Shown piece by piece: positions 1 through 9,087 of a DNA stretch of 64,000 bases (position 1 is its first letter; every line of letters starts with the position of its first letter). The translations under genes and the position numbers were made by a program. Location of the stretch: NCBI RefSeq assembly GCF_001194135.2, contig NC_068987.1, forward strand, positions 7,722,533 through 7,786,532, read 5' to 3'. A model generated the notes under the pieces. That model was given only the letters and a program-made list of their open reading frames with translations, did not search any database and had not been told where the DNA came from. This DNA is from Octopus bimaculoides. Lineage: Eukaryota.

Positions 1-135
1 GTTGGTGTGTTTATGTCCCCGGAACTTACCTGTTCGGCAAAAGAGACCGATAGAATAAGTCCTGGAGTCAAATTGTTCGACGAAAAGCGGTGCTCCACCG
101 TGGCCGCAGTCAAATGACTGGAACAAGTAAATGAA
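1..135 (+). mobile_element. 3' part of SINE family A
   Basis: gttggtgtgtttatgtcccc...gcggtgctcc...gtcaaatgactggaacaagtaaa matches the 3' half of the copies at 3071-3500, 5890-6280 and 45610-45995. Confidence 0.85.
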
Positions 136-289
136 TATATGTCTGTGTGTACATGTGTATGTGTGTGTGTGTGTTGCAGTCTCCTTGCCTTGGCATCTCG
201 TGGTTGTAAACGAGTGCCATTGTCATGCTAGCGGTGTATTTGTAATTGCAGAGCACTTTAATATTTTGCTGAGATTGATAATCTCGTAT

Positions 290-326
<37 letters not shown>

Positions 327-334
327 ATTAACGA

Positions 335-810
335 GAAAGGCGGAAGATGGAAGATACGAGAATCTTTATTGATCACTACAATTGTTTTGACCCATCGAGC
401 ATCGAATATCCACCGAACACCTAAACTAGTGAACGTGATTTACTGGCGAACTACCAGGTGTATAACCACACGATTTAATAACTAATATATACATATATAT
501 ATATATGTATATTGACCGTTTATATGATAAATATTTATGTAGACTTTCGAAATAGTTGTCCGAAAGTCCACCCGTATTTATTTTCAGGTTTGTTTTCCCG
601 AAACCTTGTCAAATTCCGTTGAATTACTGGAAAGTATTGGTCGAAAACAAACGTCTTCGAAATAATTGCATAAAATTAGACAAGGGACGTAACTCTATTT
701 AATCAGAAATAGTTACCTGCCTTGATAATTATTTTAAAGTTGATTTATATTAATTAAATTTTTTTTTTTTAAAAATTCAAATCTCGTTCAGCAGTTCCCA
801 GAATGACAAA
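335..810 (+). promoter_or_regulatory. Candidate TMEM41B promoter / non-coding first exon region
   Basis: Unique sequence with visibly more CpG than its flanks, upstream of the acceptor at 1415 (which requires an upstream exon); GGCGGAAGATGG (ETS/YY1-like) at about 339-350. No TSS can be fixed from sequence. Confidence 0.35.
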
Positions 811-964
811 TACAAATATCCCTCCCCCCCCCCNNNNNNNNNNCCCCCACCATGCGCGCATATATTAATGAAATGTTTTGCCTTCTGCTCGCTTTATTAA
901 CGAGATGATAAGAGTTTGCTCACCATTGTGTTGGGCAAGTTTTAAAAAAAAATCTCAATTTCAA

Positions 965-1079
965 TTTCGGCTGATGTACCCCCCAGCCTTCATCAGATGT
1001 CTTGGGGACATTTCGAACATGGGTTCTCATTCCTAAGGTATTTTTCAATGTTATTATTATTATTCAGGTCACTGCCTGG
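965..1079 (-). mobile_element. Inverted partial copy of family H body (left arm of a fold-back)
   Basis: 965-1079 is the reverse complement, with a few mismatches and a shorter (AAT)n, of 1151-1297. Confidence 0.85.
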
Positions 1080-1094
1080 TCACATGCCTACAGG

Positions 1095-1362
1095 CATATG
1101 GCGTAGTGGTTAAGAGCACGGGCTAGCAACCCCAAGTTCTGAGTTCAATTCCAGGCAGTGACCTGAATGATAATGATGATAATAATAATAATAATAATAA
1201 TAACAGCAATATCGAAAAATACCTTAGGAATGAGAACCCAGGTTCGAAATTTCTCCAAGACACCTGATGAAGGCTAGAGGGTATATATCAGCCGAAAGGT
1301 TGTGTTAACAACAAACAAGATGAGGACAAATATCCGTCAAATGTAAATAATGTAAATAATGC
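1095..1362 (+). mobile_element. SINE-like element (family H): tRNA-like head + (AAT)n + body with hammerhead-like motif + (ATGTAAATA)n tail
   Basis: A-box-like TGGCGTAGTGG (1099-1109), B-box-like GAGTTCAATTCC (1141-1152); body and tail match the reverse-strand copy at about 58870-59045. Confidence 0.7.
1259..1306 (+). ncRNA. Minimal type I hammerhead ribozyme-like motif (degenerate at position 15.2)
   Basis: GACAC-CUGAUGA-A-GGCU..AGCC-GAAA-GGU-U-GUGUU: stem I GACAC/GUGUU, intact CUGAUGA and GAAA, 4-bp stem II, GUU triplet; 15.2 is G, so stem III is broken in this copy. Confidence 0.5.
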
Positions 1363-1479
1363 ACGATGTAATTTGTAGTAATTTTAATTGTTTTTCTTTT
1401 TCCTCTAATTTCAGAACATAATCATTTGTCCAATAGCTTTGTTAACGAGGCAGTTGTATCAAATTCCAATGCTAACCAC

Positions 1480-1661
1480 ATGTCCAGTGACAGCTCTAAT
1501 AGCATGTCAAAGTCGAAGCATTCCACTAACATTTCATCAAGTACCAAAAACCAGTCCACAGAAACCAACAGTAGTAGATCTTTTATAATTCTTGGCGTCC
1601 TCTTCTTCACATCCATTCTAGTTATGGTATTTATATATCTACGATTTCCAAATATGGATTT
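1480..1661 (+). CDS. TMEM41B: TMEM41B/stasimon (VTT/DedA-family ER membrane protein), coding exon 1
   Basis: Acceptor tttcag|aac at 1414/1415; first in-frame ATG at 1480; encodes a Ser-rich N-terminus and then a TM helix (SRSFIILGVLFFTSILVMVFIYLRFPNMD); donor TT|gtaagt at 1662 (phase 2). The frame is open back to the acceptor, so an upstream coding exon cannot be excluded. Confidence 0.85.
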
Positions 1662-1754
1662 GTAAGTATTTGCCTGTCTTCTATGCATTGTTTCTTACGT
1701 TTTATGTAAAAGTGTCCATGTCGGCGTCATGTAAAAGCATCCAGTACATTCTGG

Positions 1755-1900
1755 AAAGTGGTTGGCATTAAGAAAGGCATCCAACTGTAGAAACCTTGTC
1801 GAAAGGGACCACTGGGGCCTGGTGCAACCCACCAGCCTACCAGCTCCTCTCAAAATGTTTTACCCATGCCAACATGGAAAATGGACATTAAGTGATGATG
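1755..1900 (+). mobile_element. 5'-truncated RTE LINE 3' end
   Basis: ggttggcattaagaaaggcatccaactgtag...cccatgccaacatgg...(GAT)n tail; same family as 40328-41150, where it follows an RTE ORF2 stop. Confidence 0.8.
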
Positions 1901-2162
1901 GTGATGATGTACTCCCATATCCCCTTCTCCGCCACTCCTGCACCTTGCACATCATCCCCACCCCATCTTCTGGTCTCTGCTCCTTCCTAAACACTGCTAT
2001 CTCTCTCACCTCACCCCACATTCACTTGTGCCCTGTCTTTAGCCATCTGTTACTCTCCATTCAAGCCATGTGCAATGATGCAGCAAGTAAAGTGGGTACC
2101 TTTTATGAAACCACCCATGCCCTCCTCCTCACCCAGTCCTTTGACTGTATTCATTCTTATGC

Positions 2163-2282
2163 TCACCACTGGCATGGGTTGGACGGTTTGACTGAGGGCT
2201 GGCAAGCCAGAAGGCTGCACTAGGCTCCAATTTGATCTGGCAAAGTTTCTACAGCTGGACGCCCATCCTAACACCAACCATG
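2163..2282 (-). mobile_element. RTE LINE 3'-end fragment
   Basis: gcatgggttggacggtttgactgag...tttctacagctggacgccc, the reverse orientation of the same family. Confidence 0.8.
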
Positions 2283-2345
2283 CTTAAATAACGATCTTTA
2301 CTTCATTTATTTATTTATGTAATTATTTATTTATTTATTTTTCAG

Positions 2346-2474
2346 AGAAGAAAAGCAATATATTAAAGTTCCACAGGATATAGCTGATGCCAAAAACCTA
2401 GGCCGTATTTTATCTCGCTACAAGGATAAATATTTTTACCAAGTTCTAGCTGGATATTTCATTGTCTATATTTT
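2346..2474 (+). CDS. TMEM41B: TMEM41B coding exon 2
   Basis: Acceptor ttttcag|A; translates (L)EEKQYIKVPQDIADAKNLGRILSRYKDKYFYQVLAGYFIVYI(F), matching the recalled TMEM41B motif KVPxDxxDAKxLGxVLSxYKD; donor TT|gtatcctttt. Confidence 0.95.
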
Positions 2475-2599
2475 GTATCCTTTTGCAGTGGTTTTTTGCT
2501 TTCCTTATTATCTCAGTGCAGTTTTGTAACTCATAGAATTCTTTAATGCTTTGGTGGTTCAGTTTTTATTTCTTGATCCATTTTTAAACGTTTGATATG

Positions 2600-2850
2600 G
2601 AACTCCTCGAAAATGTGGTTCCTTTGAAGGACCTACGGAGTAACGTTACTTGACAGGGTGTGTAGGTCGGAGATCAGGGAGTCTCCCCGGGTTGAGCTGC
2701 TACTTCCTGGAGATCACAGTTCTAGCATTAGGAGCATGTGGTTAAAATGTCATAAGAAAGAATCAGAAGACAAATTCTTCAAGCTGAACCAACAGGCAAG
2801 AGATCCAAAGACGGACCAAGAATGAGATTCTTGGATAATATTCTTAACAC
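2600..2850 (+). mobile_element. Degenerate RTE-like LINE ORF2 C-terminal fragment
   Basis: About 2795-2843 translates GKRSKDGPRMRFLDNI, resembling the RTE motif GKRxRGRPRxRWxDNI; upstream is decayed. Confidence 0.45.
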
Positions 2851-3070
2851 TTTAAACGCACACCTGAGTTTAGCCATTAAGCCTCACCAGCATCTTGTTC
2901 AGTTGCTTTTTCTTATTACTTATTTTACTTTATTATTATCGATAAATTAAAACAAAACTCTTTTGTTCTGTAGTTTCAGCTCAGAGCTGTGGCCGTGCTG
3001 GAGCACCACCGTTTAATAATGAAACGGGAATAGATGTTATAAATTTACAAAATATAGTTATTTTATATAT

Positions 3071-3500
3071 AGGCTTAGGAGTGGCTGTGTGGTAAGTAAC
3101 TTGCTTACCAACCACATGGTTCCGGGTTCAGTCCCACTGCGTGGCACCTTGGGCAAGTGTCTTCTACTATAGCCTCGGGCCGACCAAAGCCCTGTGAGTG
3201 GATTTAGTAGACGGAAACTGAAAGAAGCCCGTCGTATATATGTATATATATATGTGTATATGTTTGTGTGTCTGTGTTTGTCCCCCCAACATCGCTTGAC
3301 AACCGATGCTGGTGTGTTTATGTCCCTGTAACTTAGCGGTTCTGCAAAAGAGACTGATAGAATAAGTACTAGACTTACAAAGAATACGTCCTGGGGTTGA
3401 TTTGCTCGACTAAAGGCGGTGCTCCAGCATGGCCACAGTCAAATGACTGAAACAAGTAAAAAAGNNNNNNNNNNTCAAATGACTGAAACAAGTAAAAAAG
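3071..3500 (+). mobile_element. SINE family A, near full length (tRNA-derived head, CORE-like centre)
   Basis: Head tggctgtgtggtaag...ggttccgggttcagtccc (A/B boxes), centre ggcaccttgggcaagtgtctt, internal (TA/TG)n, A-rich 3' end; more than 10 related copies in the window. Confidence 0.9.
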
Positions 3501-3923
3501 TAAAGAGTATTATCCTTCATTTCTAAAACATAAATCATGTATAATAACGACTGAGTTCATTAGAATATCAGTTTAAAAAATTTTTTTAAAGATTTATACT
3601 GTGTCCCAATAGTGCTACTCAATGCAAGTTGGGACAGTTACCCACGTACTGTCAATAGCACACAATGTAGTTAAAGTGTTAATCTTAGTTGGTCCCTCAT
3701 GGGAATCCAGCTGGAAAGTCTAACAATGACTACTTATGATAAGAACCCTATGGAGGAGATGCTTGAGGACTCTCCCACCATGGCTCTCGCTGGAATAGTG
3801 GGAAGAGAAGATGGGAGGATGGATGGGTATTGGAATTTTCTCTCTTGCCCTCAGCTTTCGTTTTTTTTTTTTGTTTCTTTTGCAATTCTATCAATTTGTT
3901 TTTTTTTCCCTTAACTCTGTCAG

Positions 3924-4017
3924 TCTACAGTCATTTGCCATTCCAGGGTCCATCTTCCTCAGTATTCTTTCAGGATTCCTTTTCTCATTCCCATTGGCCT
4001 TATTTTTGGTTTGTTTG
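3924..4017 (+). CDS. TMEM41B: TMEM41B coding exon 3
   Basis: (F)LQSFAIPGSIFLSILSGFLFSFPLALFLVCL, the start of the VTT/SNARE_assoc domain, nearly identical to recalled vertebrate TMEM41B; donor TTG|gtaagt at 4018. Confidence 0.97.
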
Positions 4018-4084
4018 GTAAGTATGTCATTTTGTTTACGCAGACACACACAACACACTCTCTCTCCCCCCTCTCTCTCTCTGT

Positions 4085-4180
4085 AGCTAAGAAGCTTGCT
4101 TCCCAACCATGTGATCTTGGGTTCAGTTCCACTGCATGCCATCTTAGGCTGCTGTCTTCCTCTGTGGGGCCCAGGCCAAC
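4085..4180 (+). mobile_element. SINE family A head fragment
   Basis: aagaagcttgcttcccaaccatg...gggttcagttccactgc. Confidence 0.7.
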
Positions 4181-4194
4181 TAGAACGTCATTAT

Positions 4195-4316
4195 TATTAT
4201 TATTATTCCTCCTCTTCTTCTTCTTCTTATTCTTCTCCTCCTTCTTCTTCTCCTCCTCCTTCTTCTTCTCCTCTTCCTTCTTCTTCTTCTTCTTCTTCTT
4301 CTTATTCTTCTTCTTC

Positions 4317-4357
<41 letters not shown>

Positions 4358-4370
4358 GTTGTTGTTGTGT
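4195..4370. repeat. (TAT)n/(TCT)n microsatellite block
   Basis: Visible trinucleotide arrays in TMEM41B intron, ending just upstream of the exon 4 acceptor. Confidence 0.95.
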
Positions 4371-4385
4371 TCTTTCCATTGTCAG

Positions 4386-4490
4386 TGTTCTGCAGTTGGT
4401 GCTTCGTTTTGTTATTTGATTGCTGATTTTGTTGGTCATCGTCTGGTGGAGAAGTACTGGCCAGCCAGGGTTGCCGACTGGCAAGCACAG
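4386..4490 (+). CDS. TMEM41B: TMEM41B coding exon 4
   Basis: Acceptor gtcag|TGT; CSAVGASFCYLIADFVGHRLVEKYWPARVADWQAQ (105 nt, phase 0-0); donor CAG|gtaagc at 4491. Confidence 0.95.
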
Positions 4491-4589
4491 GTAAGCAATC
4501 TTTAAGTTTAGCTTTGACTCAATGGGTGTCCTCAAGCACAGCATGTCATCCAATGAGTCAGAGGTACTTTTTAAATGAGCTGATTATGT

Positions 4590-5400
4590 GACACTGGTGT
4601 AGGCTATGGTTGCAATCTCACTTTACTTGCCAGGTCTTCTCAATCACAGCATATCTCCAGAGGTCTCAGTCTTTCATCATTGCCTCTGAGGCCCAACGTT
4701 CGAAGGTCATGTTTGACCACCTCATCCGATGTCTTCCTAGGTCTCCTTCTACCCTGGACTCCTTCCAGTGTTAGAGAGTGACACTTCTTCACACAGCTCT
4801 CCTCATCCATCCGTAGTACATGACCATACCAGCCCAAATGTTTCTCTTGCATGCTACATCCGATGCTTTTTATGTCTAACATTTCTCTCAGGGTGCTTAC
4901 ACTCTGTCGNNNNNNNNNNCGATATCTTCCTAGGTCTCCTTCTACCCTGGACTCCTTCCAGTGTTAGAGAGTGACACTTCTTCACACAGCTCTCCTCATC
5001 CATCCGTAGTACATGACCATACCAGCCCAAATGTTTCTCTTGCATGCTACATCCGATGCTTTTTATGTCTAACATTTCTCTCAGGGTGCTTACACTCTGT
5101 CGTGTATGCATACTGACATAACACATCCAGCGGATCATGCTAGCTTCATTTCTTCCAAGCCTACGCATGTCTTCAGCAGTTATGGCTCATGTTTCACTGC
5201 CATGTAGCATGGCAGTTCGCACACATGCATCATGCAATCTACCTTTCATCTGAGTGAGAGGCCCCTTGTTACCACTAGGGGTAAAAGCTTTCTGAATTTT
5301 GCCCAGGCTATTCTTATTCTAGTGGCAATGCCCTCCGAACACCCATCCCCACTACAGACTCCAAACATCCACCCCCACTACAGACTTGGTCACTTAGGTA
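4590..5400 (-). mobile_element. RTE LINE ORF2 C-terminal remnant
   Basis: ORFs 4854-5168 and 4640-4882 give RNEASMIRWMC...KHLGWYGHVLRMDEESCVKKC...EGVQGRRRPRKT, the RTE-clade C-terminal motif (RLxWxGHVxRM...GxRxRGRPxxxW). Confidence 0.88.
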
Positions 5401-5889
5401 GCAGAAACTATCGTAAATGGATGTTAAAAGATGATGATGATGATGATGATGATGATGGTCTTCCTATGACTTTTCATGACTTGTTTATATCTTCTCCCTT
5501 TTATGATAAGCTGTCATTTCCCTTACTTTGCTGTCCCTTTTTCCTCACCCTTTAGCTTTTGCTTACTGCTTACCTAATATTTCTTTGATGTGCTTTGCAC
5601 TCCCCCAATCTAACATCCTGCATCTATGTTTAGTCACATCTCACTGACTCAACAAAAGATGTTGGTCTGCTGACATGAAGGATAGGCTGTCATCTATATC
5701 CTGTTATTGGTTTGTGATGTATTTCTGTATTTCTATCGTTAGATGCTTAATTCTTGCTTCCCTAACGATCTTCACTGACAGAACACACATGCACGCATGC
5801 ATAAAGTAAAAGTGCTTCAGTCAGGAACGGAAACCCAATAGCTTGTTAATAGTTTAACATTATTCTGTTGCAATTTCACATGCACACAT

Positions 5890-6280
5890 AGGCACAGCCA
5901 TGGCTGTGTGGTAAGAAGCTTGCTTCCCAACCACATGGTTCCGGGTTCAGTCCCACTGTGTGGCACCTTGGGCTAGTGTTTTCTACTATAGCCTCGGGCC
6001 AACCAAAGCTTTGTGTGTGGATTTGGTAGACAGAAACTGAAAGAAGCCTGGCATATGTGTGCATGTGTCTTTGTGTCTGAGTTTGTCCCCCACCTTTGCT
6101 TGACAACCAGTGTTGGTGTGTTTATGTCCTTGTAACTTAGCAGTTCAGCAAAAGAGACTGATAGAATATGTACCAGGCTTAAAGGAAATAATTATGTGGG
6201 TCGATTCATTAAATTGAAAGTTCTTCAAGGTGGTGCCCCAGCATGGCCGCTGTCTAATGACTGAAACAAGTGAAAGATTA
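5890..6280 (+). mobile_element. SINE family A
   Basis: Same head, centre and tail as 3071-3500. Confidence 0.9.
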
Positions 6281-6359
6281 CGTAGCACATGTAGAGTATA
6301 TCATAAAAGATAAAACAGCAGGCAAGTTATTTACTCCAGTTCTCTGAAGCGACCATATT

Positions 6360-6660
6360 TGTTCATCATCATCATCATCGTTGTTGTTTAACGTCCACTT
6401 TTCATGCTGGCATGGGTTGGACGGTTTGACTGAGGACTGGTGGACCAGGAGGCGACACCAGGCTCCAATCAGATCTGGCAATGTTTCTACAGCTGGATGC
6501 CCTTCCTAATACCAACCACTCTGAGAGTGTAGTGGGTACCAGTCAGGCAGCACTGGTATCGGTCANNNNNNNNNNATGCTTGAATGGTGCTTTTTATGTC
6601 CTATTGGCATGGGAGCCAGTCAGGCAGCACTGGCATCAACCACGCTCAAATGGTGCTGGC
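6360..6660 (-). mobile_element. RTE LINE 3' end
   Basis: (CAT)n then tttaacgtccacttttcatgctggcatgggttggac...ctggatgcccttcctaa. Confidence 0.85.
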
Positions 6661-6826
6661 TGATTGGTTAAGTGATTGGTTAAGTGACGAAACCTTAAAA
6701 AGGGTCGAAAATGATTAGGGCTCTGCATCATTTCTTTCAATCTACAAAGAAACAAGGTATCTTTAACCTGCTTGTATGTCTACTATATGATGTCTCTAAG
6801 TATAAAATCTGTTTTGTCTATTTCAG

Positions 6827-6965
6827 GTGGCGTCTTACCGTGAACATTTGCTAAATTACATCATTTTTCTTCGAATTACACCATTCCTACCCAATTGGTT
6901 CATCAATATTGCTGCACCTGTGATCAATGTTCCTTTGAAGCTATTTTTTCTTGGAACATTTATTG
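6827..6965 (+). CDS. TMEM41B: TMEM41B coding exon 5
   Basis: Acceptor tttcag|GTG; VASYREHLLNYIIFLRITPFLPNWFINIAAPVINVPLKLFFLGTFI(G), containing the LRITPFLPNWFIN signature; donor G|gtaaat at 6966 (phase 1). Confidence 0.97.
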
Positions 6966-7258
6966 GTAAATATTGATTGATTTTTTTTTTTTTTCTTTCT
7001 CAAACACAACATCCTCGGTGAAGGTCACTACAGGCGTTAAGCATCAACCCAGTATATTACTGGTACTTATTTTATTGATAGCAGAAGGGTTAAAGTGCAT
7101 GCTTTACCTTCAAGGTCAAGTATGTCTTTTAACTCTTCTTTGCCGTTAATAACAGCCAAATTCCCTAAAAAGAAGAATTTTATTTTGACGTAAGAAAAAG
7201 AAGAATATTAATGGAATGCAAAAACTATCAAAACTTCTCTGGACATTTCTGTCTTGTG

Positions 7259-7558
7259 TAGTAAAGATTGTTTACGAACATAACATGGCAGTCCTATAAT
7301 TTAGCCCCAGGAGACATCGTCTCCAGCTGGCTATACGACATGATCTGTGTCCTTATATTTTCGAACAAGAGAATCTAGCATCTCCACTCGGCTCAAAACA
7401 ATATCTGTGTGGGGATGCTAGATTCCCTTGTTTGTAAAATGAAAGGACACGGATCATGTGGTATGGCCAGCTGGAGACGATGTCTCCTGGGGCTAAATTA
7501 CAGCAACGTTTGTCCTAAACCAGGACTGCCATGTCATATTGGCAAACAATCTTTACTC
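7259..7558. mobile_element. Fold-back MITE with long terminal inverted repeats
   Basis: Left arm agtaaagattgttt...aatttagccccaggagacatcgtctccagctgg...gaatctagcatc pairs with right arm gatgctagattc...ccagctggagacgatgtctcctggggctaaatt...aaacaatctttact. Confidence 0.8.
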
Positions 7559-7959
7559 CAAAGTACTGTTGCTGAATATCTCACGTTGTGAGATTTTAAA
7601 AATAGTAATTACTGTCTTGTGTCCTAAGATTCTTAGGGTCACTTACCCAGATTCCGTGCTGTGTAAGTGACCAAAATAACAACATTCCTTCTTGGATCAA
7701 CATGAAATAGAAATGTTTTGCTCAAGAACACAAGACTCTGCTTGGTTCTGGAATCAAAATCACGATTTTGTGATCATGAGTGGAATGTGCTGACCACTAG
7801 ACCATGTATTTTTACTCATGTAAAAATCAATCCCTGTTAAATCCCTTCTGCATCTATCCAACAGTTCAGTAAAAAAAGGGACCAAAGTCTTGACAAAAAC
7901 ATAACCTATCCTGGCATGGGTTGGACAATTTGACAGGAGCTGGCAATCTGGAGAGCTCC

Positions 7960-8108
7960 CATCAACCCCAGTACTCCACTGGTACTTAATTTATCGACCC
8001 CGAAAGGATGAAAGGCAAAGTCGACCTCCATGGAATTTGAACCCAGAATGTAGCGATGGGTGAAATACCGCTAAGCATTTTGCCCGGTGTGCTAACAATT
8101 CTGCCAGC
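7960..8108 (-). mobile_element. SINE family B (conserved central domain gcctttcatcctttcggggtcgataaattaagtaccag)
   Basis: Copies also at about 24690-24850 (-), 28215-28400 (+), 33110-33285 (-) and 51735-51800 (+); B-box-like gttcaaattcc. The central domain resembles the Nin/Meta/Deu-type SINE domains; the superfamily cannot be assigned without alignment. Confidence 0.75.
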
Positions 8109-8274
8109 TTGCTTCCTTGTACATCCATGTCTTCATCTCTTCAACAAGTCACCTGCTCCTCTCTCCCTATCATAGTTTCTTACTCTTGCAGTCTGAGCCC
8201 TGCCCAGTTGAGGCGGGTCTTTTCTTGTGGGTATTTGGCGACCTCACCAGTGCTTGCTTGCACCCAGTATTCTT

Positions 8275-8445
8275 TCTTACGTGGTTGGCAGTAGGAAGGG
8301 CATCCAGCTGTAGAAACCACGAAGAAAGCAGGCCTAGAACCTGGCATGGCTGGCCCCTCTGGTGGTGTGTCTGTTCTTGTCAAACCGTCCGACCCATGCC
8401 AGCCTAGAAAAAAGGATATTCAATGATGATGATGATGATGATCTT
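8275..8445 (+). mobile_element. RTE LINE 3' end
   Basis: ggttggcagtaggaagggcatccagctgtagaaacc...cccatgccagc...(GAT)n. Confidence 0.75.
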
Positions 8446-8729
8446 CTCTGTATTTGAGGAGAGAGAGAGAGAGAGAGAGAGTAATGTATCTGAGGATGTG
8501 AAAAATATATGAATGAAAGAGCGTGAGGGGNNNNNNNNNNNNNNNNNNNNNNNNNNNNNNNNNNNNNNNNNNNNNNNNNNNNNNNNNNNNNNNNNNNNNN
8601 NNNNNNNNNNNNNNNNNNNNNNNNNNNNNNNNNNNNNNNNNNNNNNNNNNNNNNNNNNNNNNNNNNNNNNNNNNNNNNNNNGTGTGTATATATACACATA
8701 TACATATGCATGCATATATCATGATGATG

Positions 8730-8761
<32 letters not shown>

Positions 8762-9041
8762 GCATATATATATACAAACATACATATACACACACATACA
8801 TATACATACATATACACACATATAGATAGATAGATAGACTGGTATAAAGAGATAGATAGATAAACAAATACACATATACACATACAATTTTTTTATCTTC
8901 TACTTGTTTCAACCATTAGACTGGCCATGCTGGGGCATTTTTCAGGTTATATCCTCTAACTTCCCCTTTAAGCACATAATAGGTACGGACACACACTTAA
9001 CTCTCTCACTGCCAGATCCTGGACAATCAATATGTGTACAG

Positions 9042-9087
<46 letters not shown>

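Larger units (their letters stand above)
2475..3923 (+). other. U12-type (minor spliceosome) GT-AG intron of TMEM41B
   Basis: 5' splice site GTATCCTTTT (2475-2484) matches U12 consensus RTATCCTTT. Branch site TTCCCTTAAC (3906-3915) matches TCCTTAAC, is followed by only 8 nt (tctgtcag) and lacks a downstream pyrimidine tract. Splicing here restores YIF|LQSFAIPGS. Confidence 0.93.

Noticed and set aside
1095-1155. Possible tRNA gene
   Set aside because: A/B boxes are present, but I could not form an acceptor stem or full cloverleaf; it runs into a repeated body, so it is treated as a SINE head.
4726-5102. Apparent ~185-bp direct repeat in the RTE remnant
   Set aside because: Near-identical sequence on both sides of a 10-N gap; most likely an unmerged contig overlap. 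The same applies at 3426-3500 and 11815-12060.
6680-6720. GUGACGA-AACC..GGUC-GAAA hammerhead-like string
   Set aside because: C3 is absent, 10.1-11.1 is mismatched, and there is no stem I or stem III partner.
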